DNA of 64,000 nt from Actinomycetota bacterium (GCA_009698575.1 WLPX01000001.1:64924-128923), one strand, 5' to 3'. Counted from the first letter of the stretch, positions 49,585 to 60,878 are shown. Notes: generated by a model from the letters alone, not told the origin. Numbers and translations: made by a program.

Positions 49585-51282
49585 CTACCTAGTAAAGAAA
49601 CCGCCAACGCCAGTTGTTAACTCAGACCAGGAACCGAAAGTCTGGCGATACAACAGCTGTTTTGAACCATCAACTACAGAAATGTAGATAATCCCACTAC
49701 CGTCAATTGCTAGTGCCTGAGTGCCCGGCGGGGTACTCGATAACTTTGTTTTCCCATCTAGCAATGACGTGTCAAACAACATCTCACCACCAGATCCGTC
49801 CGCTGCGATGGCCGCCAAACTATTTGGGCTACTCCATGCGATGTCTCGTACCTGCGAAATATTTCGCTCAATTCGATGCAAGCCCACAATCCGGGTTTCC
49901 GTATCAGTTCTAAATAAGGCACCAACTGCAATAACGTCTTGGATGCCATCTGATAGCACGACAGCAACTCTTACCCCATCTTGGGCAACCACTACTTGCT
50001 TGACCTGGTCGGTAGTTCCCAGATTAGAGACATCAACGGGGATAGCACGTGTTGTGCCATCCTTAGTTACCTCTAGTACTCCTTGACCAAAATCGGCAAC
50101 ATAGATATTTCCATCTTGATCCCACGTAGGTCTGGAAAGGACTTCACCTTGAGCGGCTACCTCAAACTCACCGGTAACTACGTTAGTAACAAGTAGCGTC
50201 TTCAAGTCATTTGTTATCGCAGCAATCTGGGAACTATCTCGATTGGCAATTGCTCCAATTAGATTTGCGGGTGCAATTAGTTTTTCAGTGGAAACATCAC
50301 TTACAACTGAATATATCTTGTCGGCTCGAATGACATTTAGAACGTTGAAGGTGGAATCAAGCAGTGGGGAGATCTCCTGCCAATCTGAGACAGTTTGTGT
50401 TACTCCAATGTCAGTTAGCGCAAGCGGTTGACCGGAGACCGTGATTCTCACACCAGAGACGTTGGGTAAAGCACTTAGTGTCCAAACAAGTTGTGCAGAT
50501 AGGGCTCGTCGAGTCAGTTCATCTGCTCCCAAGATTTCTTGAGACAGATCAACTTGGGCAATCCCGTTTACAACTGGGACTGAACCATAAGTCAATGCGG
50601 TACCAACTGGAAATGCAGTTGTAGCTACTGGACCCAGGTACGGTGTGGGGCCATCGAGTAAGGATCTTACGAGAGAAGTTGCAGCACCTGAGCTATTTAC
50701 CGGCACGATAACCGAATCTGAAACTAAAGAAGTCAGTGACGAATTCAGGAAGTAAATCGGAAAACTGCGAAACGACCTGTCCACGTCTCCAGTAGATAGC
50801 AATATGCCATCACTTAAATCTGTGATGCGCCATTGATTACTTGCGTCTTGGGAAACTTTAAATGTCCTGGAAAGTTGAGCTCCAGGATCTGCCGTTTGAA
50901 ATCTGCCTAAATCAGATATTGCACCTTGTTTCGTTGCGGCTACGACCAAACTTGGCTGTTGACCCGAAACTTCAATTGAATTTGCCTCATATACTTCGAT
51001 GCCGGCTGCTGGATTCCATGTTGTAGCTGAATCTGCTGTTAAGTACTGTCGCGCAATCGCATAGTCACCTGATGGGTCAGCGCATGCTTCAAGGAAGCCA
51101 CGAACGATTGCTTCTGGCTCCATGTCGGCAGTAGGCGGCCGCGCAATAACGCGAACAAACTGAGTGGAACTATCTTCGGAAATCACTTCACCAAAATAAA
51201 CGTCACTCGAAGTAGGGATTCCACCACAACCTGATAGCAACAAGATCGTTGTTAGAGCAGTCCCAAATTTGTTTAGTTTCAT
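49585..51282 (-). CDS. lpqB: Lipoprotein LpqB (MtrAB accessory protein)
   Basis: Lipobox LLLSGC, GerMN-type domains, 4-nt overlap with mtrB. Confidence 0.9.
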   Translation of the reverse strand: MKLNKFGTALTTILLLSGCGGIPTSSDVYFGEVISEDSSTQFVRVIARPPTADMEPEAIVRGFLEACADPSGDYAIARQYLTADSATTWNPAAGIEVYEANSIEVSGQQPSLVVAATKQGAISDLGRFQTADPGAQLSRTFKVSQDASNQWRITDLSDGILLSTGDVDRSFRSFPIYFLNSSLTSLVSDSVIVPVNSSGAATSLVRSLLDGPTPYLGPVATTAFPVGTALTYGSVPVVNGIAQVDLSQEILGADELTRRALSAQLVWTLSALPNVSGVRITVSGQPLALTDIGVTQTVSDWQEISPLLDSTFNVLNVIRADKIYSVVSDVSTEKLIAPANLIGAIANRDSSQIAAITNDLKTLLVTNVVTGEFEVAAQGEVLSRPTWDQDGNIYVADFGQGVLEVTKDGTTRAIPVDVSNLGTTDQVKQVVVAQDGVRVAVVLSDGIQDVIAVGALFRTDTETRIVGLHRIERNISQVRDIAWSSPNSLAAIAADGSGGEMLFDTSLLDGKTKLSSTPPGTQALAIDGSGIIYISVVDGSKQLLYRQTFGSWSELTTGVGGFFTR

Positions 51283-52832
51283 GGGGCGCCTGCCGCAATT
51301 GCTACTTGCAAAATCTGGCCATGCTCAGTTCTAGGCAAAGTCAAAACAAACTGTGCTCCGATGCCTGGCGCACCCCAAACATCTATCAAGCCACCGTGAA
51401 GTGCGGCATCTTCGGCAGAAATGGAAAGTCCTAACCCGGTGCCACCCAAAGTTCGTTGGCGCGCAGGGTCAGCACGCCAAAATCTGTCAAAAACTCGAGC
51501 TAAATCTTCAGTCGCAATTCCTTGCCCATAATCCCTTACCGAAATTGAAACGCAGGATTCATTTCCGGCAATATCTATTTCGATTGCAGACCCATCACAG
51601 TGCCCTATTGCATTTACAACTAGATTTCTAACAATTCGGGAAATACGTCGCTGGTCTGCGGTAACAATAGCGTCTCCAACTGTCGAGAAATTGAATTCAG
51701 TGTTGTGATCTAAGGCAATCTGCACATTCTCACTTAAGATCACTTCGGTTAACTTGCCCAGATTCACCTTAGATAATTCCAGTGGTGCCGCACCGGCATC
51801 AATCTTGCTCATTTCGAGTAGGTCACTTAGTAGAACATCAAATCGATCTACCTGATTTCGAAGAAGCTCTGCTGAACGTGCCATGTCAGGATCAAAATCT
51901 GCTCGAGCGCCATAGATCATCTCGCTTGCCATGCGAACTGTGGTTAGAGGTGTTCGCAACTCATGCGAGACATCAGAAACGAATTGTTGCTGGACCTGTG
52001 ACAAGGACTCCAGGCGAATAATCTGGCTTTGCAGACTGGACGCCATTTCGTTTAGTGATCCTGCTAGCCGAGCAATGTCATCTTCACCATGTACTTGCAT
52101 TCGCCGATCCAGATCACCAGATGCAATTTGCACTGCAATTTCAGCAGCCTCACGAACTGGATCGGTGACCCGCGAAGTAACAAACCAGGCAAGAATCAAT
52201 AAGCTAATCAACAAAAATACACCTGTAATTGCAACGCCTTGTCTTACCAAGTCAATGGACTTTTGCTCCTTGTCAAGGGGAAATAGTAAATACAGTTCAT
52301 AAGCGCCAATGCGAGGAATTGAAACTGGAGCTCCCACAACTAAACCCTGAGCCGTGGCTCCGCCCTCATAAATTAAAGTTGAATAAGCCCATGCCTGACG
52401 ATCGCGCTCGCGGATTGCGGCGCGCAGGTCAGTTGGTATTGATTGTTCGGAAATAAGTTTTGTGCCGCGCTCTGGTACTCCCGCTAAGTCTGGGTCACTT
52501 AGAAATATCGCGTCGTAAAGTCCAGGAGAACCAGCTCGAACAGCTAATGCAGTAATTACTGAATCAACAATTCTGGTGCTGTTAGGTGCAACTAATCCAG
52601 CATCAGCAGCATCTAATAGGCGCTGGACTTCCAATCGAGCGGCAGTAGCTTCTGTTAATGCACTTTGCTGTTTAGCCTCAAGTAAGCCAGCGGAAACTTG
52701 ATTTACGAGCAAAATTCCAACCGCACTCAGAATTGAAATTGAAACTAGTGCCGTAATTATTACAAGTCTCAGTTGCAGATTGCGACGCCACATCTGCACA
52801 AAAGTTGGTTTGTTTGGAGCTGAATTGCTCAC
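51279..52832 (-). CDS. mtrB: Sensor histidine kinase MtrB
   Basis: Two TM helices flanking an extracytoplasmic domain, HAMP, H-box SHELRTPLT, and N/G boxes (GGTGLGLSI). Confidence 0.9.
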   Translation of the reverse strand: MSNSAPNKPTFVQMWRRNLQLRLVIITALVSISILSAVGILLVNQVSAGLLEAKQQSALTEATAARLEVQRLLDAADAGLVAPNSTRIVDSVITALAVRAGSPGLYDAIFLSDPDLAGVPERGTKLISEQSIPTDLRAAIRERDRQAWAYSTLIYEGGATAQGLVVGAPVSIPRIGAYELYLLFPLDKEQKSIDLVRQGVAITGVFLLISLLILAWFVTSRVTDPVREAAEIAVQIASGDLDRRMQVHGEDDIARLAGSLNEMASSLQSQIIRLESLSQVQQQFVSDVSHELRTPLTTVRMASEMIYGARADFDPDMARSAELLRNQVDRFDVLLSDLLEMSKIDAGAAPLELSKVNLGKLTEVILSENVQIALDHNTEFNFSTVGDAIVTADQRRISRIVRNLVVNAIGHCDGSAIEIDIAGNESCVSISVRDYGQGIATEDLARVFDRFWRADPARQRTLGGTGLGLSISAEDAALHGGLIDVWGAPGIGAQFVLTLPRTEHGQILQVAIAAGAP

Positions 52833-52835
52833 GAT

Positions 52836-53513
52836 TTAAGATTGCCCTGCTTTGTAACCAACGCCACGTACTGTGACCACGATTTCCGGATGGTCAGGAT
52901 CAATTTCAATTTTGGCTCGTAGGCGCTGGACGTGCACATTAACCAGCCTGGTGTCCGCAGCATGTTGGTATTCCCAAACTTCTTCGAGCAATAATTCTCG
53001 AGAAAACACCTGCCACGGACGCTTTGCTAACGTCAATAACAATTTGAACTCAAGAACCGTCAATGAAATTTCTTTGGATCCGCGTTTAACAGAGTGTCCA
53101 GCAATATCAATTACTAAGTCACCGATTTGAATTTCATTCAAAATCGGGGTTTCGATCGAACGCAATCGAGCACGAATTCTGGCAAGTAGCTCTTCGTTCT
53201 TTATTGGCTTAACTATGTAGTCGTCAGCCCCGGATTCTAATCCTGTGACAACGTCGGCTGAATCGCTTCTTGCGGTTAGCATCACAATTGGTACACCGCT
53301 CGATTCTCGAATTGCCCGGCAAACATCGATGCCATCTCGACCTGGCAGCATTAAGTCCAGTAGAACTAGATCCGGCGCTACTGCCTTAAAAGCGGTTATT
53401 GCCTGTAAACCATCTGCACAATATGAAACTTCAAATCCTTCGCCACGAAGCAGGATGCCCACAATCTCAGCAATGGATTGGTCATCCTCAATAACCAAAA
53501 TGCGATGGCCCAC
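52836..53513 (-). CDS. mtrA: OmpR-family response regulator MtrA
   Basis: Receiver domain (ILVIEDD...LDLMLPG) plus winged-helix C-terminus (VTVRGVGYK). Lies upstream of mtrB-lpqB. Confidence 0.9.
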   Translation of the reverse strand: MGHRILVIEDDQSIAEIVGILLRGEGFEVSYCADGLQAITAFKAVAPDLVLLDLMLPGRDGIDVCRAIRESSGVPIVMLTARSDSADVVTGLESGADDYIVKPIKNEELLARIRARLRSIETPILNEIQIGDLVIDIAGHSVKRGSKEISLTVLEFKLLLTLAKRPWQVFSRELLLEEVWEYQHAADTRLVNVHVQRLRAKIEIDPDHPEIVVTVRGVGYKAGQS

Positions 53514-53618
53514 AGTGGCGCTCCCCTTCTACGTACTTGGAAGGCAAATTTACCTCAATAAGCGCCAGCGCAGGGACCTATGGCTTAATTCCCTTTAATC
53601 GTTGACTAATCTAGGAAG

Positions 53619-54080
53619 ATGCCCTTATCAAATTTGTTCGCCAGTCTGCGCAAAGAACTGGGTAAATTTGGTCTAGTTGGCTTAGTCGCATATCTTATCG
53701 ACCTAACTATTTTTAACCTTTTGCGTTACGCAGGTGGCGAAGGTCCCTTATACGACAAACCACTTACGGCAAAAGTTTTTAGCGTTTTAGCTGCTACAAC
53801 TTTTGCCTATTTTGGAAATCGTCACTGGACCTTTAAAGATCGGGCTCGATCAACTTTTCGTAGAGAGTACACATTATTTTTTGTTTTTAACGCTGTTGGT
53901 ATGGTGATTTCACTTTCCTGTCTTTGGATCAGTCATTACATTCTCGGATTCGACAGCGCGCTGGCCGATAACGTCAGCGCCAACGTAATTGGTTTGGTAC
54001 TCGGAACAATTTTTAGGTTTTGGGGTTACCACAATTGGGTTTTCCCAAATGACGTTTCAAGCGTGGAGCAAAACTTCTAA
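53619..54080 (+). CDS. GtrA-family membrane protein
   Basis: 153 aa, 4 TM. KFGLVGLVAYLIDLTIFNLL and FRFWGYHNWVF are GtrA-like motifs. Confidence 0.8.
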   Translation: MPLSNLFASLRKELGKFGLVGLVAYLIDLTIFNLLRYAGGEGPLYDKPLTAKVFSVLAATTFAYFGNRHWTFKDRARSTFRREYTLFFVFNAVGMVISLSCLWISHYILGFDSALADNVSANVIGLVLGTIFRFWGYHNWVFPNDVSSVEQNF

Positions 54081-54090
54081 TCGCTTATTA

Positions 54091-55089
54091 CTACCTATTA
54101 GCCGCAATTAGAAAAATACCAAAAGCAGCAGGCTTTAAATTTCGCAACTCTAACCGGCCTCCGTCAATAGAAATTTGTGTTCTGGCCCAAGCCAATCCCA
54201 GCCCGGTACCACCCGTTGTATTTCCTTTTACCATTAACGAAACTTCAGCATCCCCTTTAATACCATCGCCCTGGTCACTTACTTCGATCAAAATCCAGGA
54301 TTGGTATTCCCTAGCCGAAATTCGAATCGTGCCCGCACCATGTTGTAATGAATTCTCAATTAGCACAGAAAGTGCTAGCTCTTGAATTTCTGGGGTACCT
54401 AGGGCAATCAAATTAGGTGTGCTAGCTATTTCAATATTACGAGATACTGTCGCTAGGCGATCACGCCATCGAGCACTTGCTTTTGCCAATAACTCGGAAA
54501 CGTTTATTTCTGTAAGTTCCCGTTCTGATGTGGAACGCCAAGTGGTTAACAACCCTTCAACCAATCGCACTAACCGATCCACTTGTCCTAGTGCGGCATT
54601 GGCTTCAGCTTGGACGTTAGTGCCCTCGGATTCTTGGGCGATCTGCTCGAGTCGTAGGGATAGCGCGGTTAGTGGTGAGCGTAATTGGTGAGAAACATCT
54701 GCAGCGAGTGTTCGTTCCGAACTTAATCGTTGCTGCGCATCCGATGCCGATTGAAACAAATTTTGCAAAGTTACATCAATTTCATGAATACCAGTTAGCC
54801 GAGGTTCATGAATTTCTTGCCTAATAGTGACGTTATTGACCTCAGTTAACATCATTTTAACTGGGGCAATTGATAATTTTGCAAGTAACTTTGCGGCAAT
54901 TACTACCAAGGTTGCCGTAAGCGTAATCATTGCTTGAACACCAAACGTAATTAGTGTGGAATTTGTCCACGCTAATGCTAAGTTTCCAATCATTTCAGAT
55001 CTGCGCAGCAAAGTAATGGCGAATAATCCAAGTAAAAGTACAAACGGGATAATCGAAATTGCAAAAAATCTAAAGAGCCGCTGTTCCAT
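54091..55089 (-). CDS. Sensor histidine kinase with minimal (intramembrane-type) sensing region
   Basis: H-box SHQLRSPLT, and N/G boxes (NSLQHG, GGTGLGLA). Two TM helices are separated by about 15 aa. ATG 55089 lies 2 nt after the regulator stop; the ORF-track start 55224 would overlap the regulator. Confidence 0.85.
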   Translation of the reverse strand: MEQRLFRFFAISIIPFVLLLGLFAITLLRRSEMIGNLALAWTNSTLITFGVQAMITLTATLVVIAAKLLAKLSIAPVKMMLTEVNNVTIRQEIHEPRLTGIHEIDVTLQNLFQSASDAQQRLSSERTLAADVSHQLRSPLTALSLRLEQIAQESEGTNVQAEANAALGQVDRLVRLVEGLLTTWRSTSERELTEINVSELLAKASARWRDRLATVSRNIEIASTPNLIALGTPEIQELALSVLIENSLQHGAGTIRISAREYQSWILIEVSDQGDGIKGDAEVSLMVKGNTTGGTGLGLAWARTQISIDGGRLELRNLKPAAFGIFLIAANR

Positions 55090-55091
55090 TA

Positions 55092-55760
55092 TTAGTTCCG
55101 ATCGAATCGAAACCCAAGACCACGCACTGTTGAAACATGCTCGCCTTCTGCGCCAAGTTTTCGACGCAAAGCTGATACATGCATGTCCAGATTCTTCGTA
55201 GTCCCTGACCAATTTGTATTCCAAACATCACGCAAAATTTGCTGGCGGCTAATTACTCGCCCAGAATTACGCATTAACAGTTCTAATAGGCTGAATTCGG
55301 TGGAAGTTAAGAGAACTTCTGTTTCGCCTATGTAGCAAGTGCGCGCTTCGGAATTCAAGGTAATCCCATTTCCAATTAATTCAGTTACGTCATGGCCATC
55401 TACGCGACGAATCAAGGCACGCAGTCTGGCTAAAAGTTCAGGAGACTTAAATGGTTTAATGATGTAGTCATCGGCACCAGCATCCAATCCGACAACTAAG
55501 TCCAGCTCCGAGGACCTCGCAGTAAGAATCAGAATGGGCATATCGTATTTTTGAGCGCGTAAAGTACGACATATCTCGAGGCCGTCCATATTTGGAAGTC
55601 CCAAATCAAGAACGATCATGTCAGGTTTGGTAGTTCTGGCTTTTTCAAGTGCAGCAACGCCATCACCTACAAGTGCTACTGAATAACCTGCAGCCTGAAG
55701 AGAGCGCACTAGTGGAACGGCGATCTCAAGATCATCCTCCACTAACAAAATTCTGGTCAC
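55092..55760 (-). CDS. OmpR-family response regulator
   Basis: Receiver (ILLVEDD...DLGLPNMDG) plus winged helix (VSTVRGLGFRF). Confidence 0.9.
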   Translation of the reverse strand: MTRILLVEDDLEIAVPLVRSLQAAGYSVALVGDGVAALEKARTTKPDMIVLDLGLPNMDGLEICRTLRAQKYDMPILILTARSSELDLVVGLDAGADDYIIKPFKSPELLARLRALIRRVDGHDVTELIGNGITLNSEARTCYIGETEVLLTSTEFSLLELLMRNSGRVISRQQILRDVWNTNWSGTTKNLDMHVSALRRKLGAEGEHVSTVRGLGFRFDRN

Positions 55761-55778
55761 AATTCGAAGTTTAGTGTC

Positions 55779-56588
55779 CTATGTCAATTGCGACCGAACT
55801 TGCACCACATCTCCCGAGGTGATTTCTATTTGTCCTTGTGGGGTATCAAGAACCAAAGCCCCGCTAATCAAAACATTTGATGCAAAACCGGAAATTGTGC
55901 GATCAGCTGGAAGAGTGACCAAGACTTCGCTTTGTAAAGTGCAGCTAGCTGCTCGATAGGCTGTCAACCATTCCGGATCAGGGTTATTGAGGATTTGCTC
56001 AAGTGCGTTAAGAAGGCTTGCAATGAGCGCTTCGCGCCGAATTGAAATTCCTGCTAAAGCCAAAGATGTGGCAAATTCGGTAGGCAACTCAACATCTGTT
56101 AAGTCCGTATTGATACCGATACCAATTACTGCGTGCCTGCCTTGAAGTTGAACTAAAATGCCTCCAACCTTCTTTAACTGTTTATTCGAGGAAATCAGCA
56201 TTAAATCATTTGGCCACTTTAGGCGAATTAGGTCAGAGTGTTGAGCTAAGCAGTTACGGGCCACCAGTCCAACCAATAGCGGAATTGCGGACACTGGACA
56301 TGGAAAAGCTGACGTTGGAATTGCAATACTTAAGGCAATTCCCGCACCGAACGGACTTTGCCACACTCGTTGCAAACGACCTCTGCCCTGAATCTGTTCA
56401 TCTGCAGTAACCACGAGCACGGCATCAGGATTGGCGCTGGCCAGTCGTGCAATGACTAGGTCATTTGTTGAACTAACTTGCTCAAAGACCTCAATATCGC
56501 GCCACGTGGAGGAAGTTTTGGCTAACTCACTTAATATAAGAGCAGGGTCAAGCGCTGCACGTTCGCGTTTCACATCTTTTATACCCAC
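55779..56588 (-). CDS. birA: Biotin-[acetyl-CoA-carboxylase] ligase (group I, no DNA-binding domain)
   Basis: GRGRLQRVWQSP biotin-binding loop, 269 aa, GTG start. Divergent from accD5, as in mycobacteria. Confidence 0.85.
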   Translation of the reverse strand: MGIKDVKRERAALDPALILSELAKTSSTWRDIEVFEQVSSTNDLVIARLASANPDAVLVVTADEQIQGRGRLQRVWQSPFGAGIALSIAIPTSAFPCPVSAIPLLVGLVARNCLAQHSDLIRLKWPNDLMLISSNKQLKKVGGILVQLQGRHAVIGIGINTDLTDVELPTEFATSLALAGISIRREALIASLLNALEQILNNPDPEWLTAYRAASCTLQSEVLVTLPADRTISGFASNVLISGALVLDTPQGQIEITSGDVVQVRSQLT

Positions 56589-56607
56589 ATCGCTAGGGTA
56601 GGCGAAG

Positions 56608-56615
56608 GACTAGTA
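56608..56615 (-). promoter_or_regulatory. TACTAGTC box 19 nt upstream of the birA GTG, also about 12 nt upstream of the accD5 GTG on the other strand
   Basis: Plus strand reads gactagta. The palindromic core is ACTAGT. Confidence 0.3.
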
Positions 56616-56626
56616 CGGAGGAACCA

Positions 56627-58216
56627 GTGAGCGCCGAAAAGGGTCAGAAAGCCGTTGACATCCATACAACTGCGGGAAAGATTGCAGATTTGGAACAGCG
56701 CCGGAACGATGCCGCCAGCCGACGCTCTGAGGCCGTCGATAAGCAGCATGCTCGCGGCAAGCTCACTGCGATGGAGCGTATCGAACGTCTTTTGGATGAA
56801 GGTTCATTCCAACAAATTGATGGCCTTGCCCGACATCGTTCCCATAACTTTGGCATGGAAAAATCTCGACCTTATGGCGATGGCGTGATTACTGGATACG
56901 GAACTATTGATGGCCGACAGGTTTGTGTGTTCGCCCAAGACTTCACAGTTTTCGGTGGCTCTCTCGGCGAAGTATTCGGTGAAAAAATTTGCAAAGTAAT
57001 GGATCTTGCGCTGAAGACTGGCGTGCCAATGATCGGTATCAACGATTCCGGCGGAGCTCGAATTCAAGAAGGTGTAGTTTCCCTTGGCTTATACGGCGAG
57101 ATCTTTAAGCGCAATGCACATGCCTCTGGCGTGATTCCACAAATTTCTTTAGTACTTGGGCCATGTGCCGGCGGCGCGGTTTACTCCCCTGCATTAACTG
57201 ACTTCATAGTTATGGTGGATCAAACTTCGCACATGTTTATTACTGGACCAGAAGTCATTAAGACCGTCACTGGTGAAGAAGTTGCATTCGAAGACCTAGG
57301 CGGTGCTCGTACTCACAATACAAAATCCGGTGTAGCGCATTACATGGCATCCGATGAAGATGACGCTTTGGAATATGTAAAGAATTTGCTTTCATTTTTA
57401 CCGAGCAACAATATGGACGAAGTGCCATTTCTTGATGTTGAAGCTGACATGGAAATTTCTGATGCCGATCGTATGCTCGACACAATCATTCCGGATTCAC
57501 CAAACCAGCCTTATGACATGCATAAAGTTATCGAGACCATTGTTGATGATGGCGAATTTCTTGAAACGCAATCACTATTTGCCCCAAATATAATTTGTGG
57601 TTACGGTCGTGTCGAAGGTCGCCCAGTAGGTGTGGTTGCCAGCCAACCAATGCAATTTGCTGGCACTTTAGATATTGACGCCAGTGAAAAGGCTGCTCGA
57701 TTTGTTCGTACCTGTGATGCATTCAATGTTCCAGTACTTACTTTGGTTGACGTTCCAGGTTTCTTGCCGGGAACTGATCAAGAATGGCAGGGCATTATCC
57801 GCCGTGGCGCAAAGTTGCTTTATGCATATGCCGAAGCCACGGTTCCATTAGTAACCATAATTACTCGCAAGGCTTATGGCGGCGCCTATGACGTAATGGG
57901 ATCCAAGCATCTTGGCGCGGACATTAACTTAGCTTGGCCAAGTGCCCAGATCGCAGTTATGGGAGCGCAAGGCGCTGTTAACGTGCTTTACCGCAAAGAA
58001 TTAGCGGATGCGAATGATCCAGATGCCGAACGCGCAAAATTGTTGCAGGAATACGATGACAAGTTTGCTAACCCATATATCGCTGCCGAACGTGGTTACA
58101 TCGATCGCGTAATTGTGCCAAGTGAAACCCGCGTAATGGTGGTTCGCGCGTTACGTTCATTGCGCGGCAAACGGCAAATTCTGCCGCCGAAGAAGCATGG
58201 AAATATTCCGCTGTGA
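56627..58216 (+). CDS. accD5: Acyl-CoA (propionyl-CoA) carboxylase carboxyltransferase beta subunit
   Basis: 529 aa with carboxyltransferase N and C domains ([14 protein letters not shown]). GTG start after a GGAGG RBS. Confidence 0.9.
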   Translation: MSAEKGQKAVDIHTTAGKIADLEQRRNDAASRRSEAVDKQHARGKLTAMERIERLLDEGSFQQIDGLARHRSHNFGMEKSRPYGDGVITGYGTIDGRQVCVFAQDFTVFGGSLGEVFGEKICKVMDLALKTGVPMIGINDSGGARIQEGVVSLGLYGEIFKRNAHASGVIPQISLVLGPCAGGAVYSPALTDFIVMVDQTSHMFITGPEVIKTVTGEEVAFEDLGGARTHNTKSGVAHYMASDEDDALEYVKNLLSFLPSNNMDEVPFLDVEADMEISDADRMLDTIIPDSPNQPYDMHKVIETIVDDGEFLETQSLFAPNIICGYGRVEGRPVGVVASQPMQFAGTLDIDASEKAARFVRTCDAFNVPVLTLVDVPGFLPGTDQEWQGIIRRGAKLLYAYAEATVPLVTIITRKAYGGAYDVMGSKHLGADINLAWPSAQIAVMGAQGAVNVLYRKELADANDPDAERAKLLQEYDDKFANPYIAAERGYIDRVIVPSETRVMVVRALRSLRGKRQILPPKKHGNIPL

Positions 58217-58431
58217 GTCAAGACTTTCAAGTCGTACGTGGCGCTCCTGATGCTGCGGAATTGGCCGCTGTCATTATGGTGATCACTGCTCAAGCTGCGC
58301 TCACAGCACAAGCTCGCAATAAACGAGAGCAGCTACGCAATGAATGGAATGCACCACACCGTAGTGTCCGAAAATCATTTGAACATGGTGCTGGAACTTG
58401 GCGCAGATCTGCACTTCCCCATCCTTACTAA
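58213..58431 (+). CDS. accE5: Acyl-CoA carboxylase epsilon subunit
   Basis: 72 aa. [18 protein letters not shown] is typical of AccE. Its GTG overlaps the accD5 TGA (GTGA). Confidence 0.8.
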   Translation: MSQDFQVVRGAPDAAELAAVIMVITAQAALTAQARNKREQLRNEWNAPHRSVRKSFEHGAGTWRRSALPHPY

Positions 58432-58448
58432 ATTAAAAGTAGTCATTA

Positions 58449-59069
58449 ATGTCACGCACAGTTTTACTCGCTTCGGCTTCAATCTCTCGCTTTTCACTTT
58501 TGCAGTCCGCAGGCATCACACCTTTAGTACAAGTTAGTTACGTCGATGAGGATGCCATCGCAGCTAAATTAGCCCCGATTAACACAGCAGACCTGTGCCT
58601 TGCTTTGGCAGCTGCCAAAGGTGAAGCAGTTGTAGCCAACATAACGGTTACCCAAGAGTCTGGGTTACTCGTAATAGCGGCTGACTCCATGCTGGAATTC
58701 GAAGGTCAATCACTTGGAAAACCAGGTACTCCTGAAATTGCTATCGAGCGCTGGAAACAGATGCGTGGCAAGTCTGGCTACCTGCACACTGGGCACTGGA
58801 TGAAGGACTTGGTTACTGGCCAAGTGCGAAGTGGAGTGGCTGGTGCGGAAATTGAATTCGCCAATGTTTCGGATTCTGAGATAGTTGCCTACGTTGCAAG
58901 CGGCGAACCACTTTCCGTAGCTGGAGGATTTACGCACGAAGGTAAGAGCGCTGCGTTTATAAACCGGATGACTGGAGACAGTCCCGCAGTAGGCGGAATT
59001 TCCCTAGCCCTGTTGCGCAAATTTGCATTAGATATGAGCATTGAATGGACCCAACTTTGGGACTTATAG
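58449..59069 (+). CDS. maf: Maf-like nucleoside triphosphate pyrophosphatase
   Basis: LLASASISRFSLLQSAG N-terminus plus Maf-fold length. Located between accE5 and accA3, as in mycobacteria. Confidence 0.85.
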   Translation: MSRTVLLASASISRFSLLQSAGITPLVQVSYVDEDAIAAKLAPINTADLCLALAAAKGEAVVANITVTQESGLLVIAADSMLEFEGQSLGKPGTPEIAIERWKQMRGKSGYLHTGHWMKDLVTGQVRSGVAGAEIEFANVSDSEIVAYVASGEPLSVAGGFTHEGKSAAFINRMTGDSPAVGGISLALLRKFALDMSIEWTQLWDL

Positions 59070-59098
59070 ACTTAGGTAAACCAAGCCAAGGAGTTTAA

Positions 59099-60865
59099 GT
59101 GGCCAGCACTCGCAAGATCAATAAGGTTCTAATTGCCAATCGCGGCGAAATTGCAATTCGCGTTGCTAGAGCTTGTGCAGATTCTGGAATCAAAAGTGTG
59201 GCAGTTTACGCGGATCCTGATAGAGATGCCCAACATGTCAAAGTTGCCGATGAGGCCTTTGCTCTTGGCGGAAGTACTGCAGCTGAAAGTTACTTAGTTA
59301 TTGAAAAACTGATTGCTGCTGCAACAAAATCCGGTGCTAACGCAGTGCACCCAGGCTATGGATTTTTGTCAGAAAATGCTGAATTTGCCCAAGCCGTAAT
59401 TGATGCAGGTTTGATTTGGATTGGTCCACCGCCACAAGCAATTCGGGACTTGGGTGACAAAGTTTCTGCGCGCCACATCGCTTCTCGCGCCGGTGCACCG
59501 CAAGTGCAAGGAACGCCAGATCCAGTTAAAGACAGCAAAGAAGTTGTTAAGTTTGCAAAAGAGCACGGTCTGCCAATTGCCATTAAAGCTGCGTTCGGTG
59601 GTGGCGGTCGAGGGCTCAAGGTCGCGCGTAACTTAGAGGAAATTCCAGAGCTTTTTGAATCTGCAGTACGTGAGGCCATTGCGGCTTTTGGTCGAGGCGA
59701 ATGTTTTGTTGAGCGTTACTTGGACAATCCCCGACATGTTGAAACTCAGTGTTTAGCTGACGAACATGGCAACGTAGTTATCGTTTCAACTCGCGATTGC
59801 TCGTTGCAGCGCCGCCACCAAAAATTAGTCGAAGAGGCTCCAGCGCCATTCCTGACTCAAGGCCAAATCGACGAACTTTACGCCTCGAGTAAAGCCATCA
59901 TGAAGGAAGCTAATTACGTTGGCGCTGGTACTTGCGAATTCTTGATTGGTGTGGATGGCACAATTTCATTCCTGGAAGTTAATACTCGACTACAAGTTGA
60001 GCACCCAGTATCTGAAGAAGTCGCTGGCATAGATTTAGTGCGCGAACAATTCCGGATTGCCCAAGGTGAGGCACTTGGCTACGGTGACCCAGTATTGCGT
60101 GGACACTCCATTGAGTTCCGGATTAACGGTGAAGATCCTGGTCGCGGGTTCTTACCAGCCCCCGGCGCCTTAACAGTTTGGAATCCACCAAGTGGTCCAG
60201 GCGTTCGACTAGATGCAGGCTTTGCAAAAGGTGATGTAATCGGCGGAAACTTTGATTCATTACTTGCAAAACTTATCGTCACCGGTCGAGATCGCCAGGA
60301 AGCCCTTGAGCGCTCGCGCCGTGCCCTAGCTGAATTTGAAATTGACGGCATTGCAACTGCGCTTACGTTCCATCGTGCCGTTGTAAGTGATCCAGCATTC
60401 GCACCAGCTGATCCAGCTACGCCATTTTCAGTACATACTCGCTGGATCGAGACCGAATTTAACAACACCATCCCAGCGTTCTCTGGAACTGCGGGCGATC
60501 TTTCCGAAGAATCCGCGCGTACGCCAATTACCGTCGAAGTCGATGGCCGCAGGATTGAAGTAATTTTGCCATCCGATATGTCAATTGGTTCAGCTGGTGG
60601 TGGCAAGAAAGCTGCTCGCAAGATTGGTAAGAAATCTGGAGCTGCTGGCAGTGGTGATGCCGTAGTGGCGCCAATGCAGGGAACTATCGTAAAAATTGCC
60701 GTTACTGAAGGTCAAGAAGTAGCCCAAGGTGATTTAGTTGTGGTTCTAGAAGCTATGAAGATGGAACAGCCACTAACCGCACACAAGGCGGGCATCATTA
60801 CCGGCCTAACTGCTGAAGTTGGAACTACTGTCCCAACTGGAACTGAACTTATGGAGATTAAGTAG
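59099..60865 (+). CDS. accA3: Acetyl/propionyl-CoA carboxylase alpha subunit (biotin carboxylase plus BCCP)
   Basis: ATP-grasp biotin carboxylase motifs ([17 protein letters not shown]) and C-terminal biotinyl domain EAMKME. GTG start. Confidence 0.95.
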   Translation: MASTRKINKVLIANRGEIAIRVARACADSGIKSVAVYADPDRDAQHVKVADEAFALGGSTAAESYLVIEKLIAAATKSGANAVHPGYGFLSENAEFAQAVIDAGLIWIGPPPQAIRDLGDKVSARHIASRAGAPQVQGTPDPVKDSKEVVKFAKEHGLPIAIKAAFGGGGRGLKVARNLEEIPELFESAVREAIAAFGRGECFVERYLDNPRHVETQCLADEHGNVVIVSTRDCSLQRRHQKLVEEAPAPFLTQGQIDELYASSKAIMKEANYVGAGTCEFLIGVDGTISFLEVNTRLQVEHPVSEEVAGIDLVREQFRIAQGEALGYGDPVLRGHSIEFRINGEDPGRGFLPAPGALTVWNPPSGPGVRLDAGFAKGDVIGGNFDSLLAKLIVTGRDRQEALERSRRALAEFEIDGIATALTFHRAVVSDPAFAPADPATPFSVHTRWIETEFNNTIPAFSGTAGDLSEESARTPITVEVDGRRIEVILPSDMSIGSAGGGKKAARKIGKKSGAAGSGDAVVAPMQGTIVKIAVTEGQEVAQGDLVVVLEAMKMEQPLTAHKAGIITGLTAEVGTTVPTGTELMEIK

Positions 60866-60878
60866 TTCTAGACCTGGC

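Noticed and set aside
55090-55224. N-terminal extension of the histidine kinase ORF, overlapping the response regulator by 133 nt
   Set aside because: The internal ATG 55089 sits 2 nt after the regulator stop and immediately precedes the first TM helix. The extension is the out-of-frame shadow of the regulator's 3' end.
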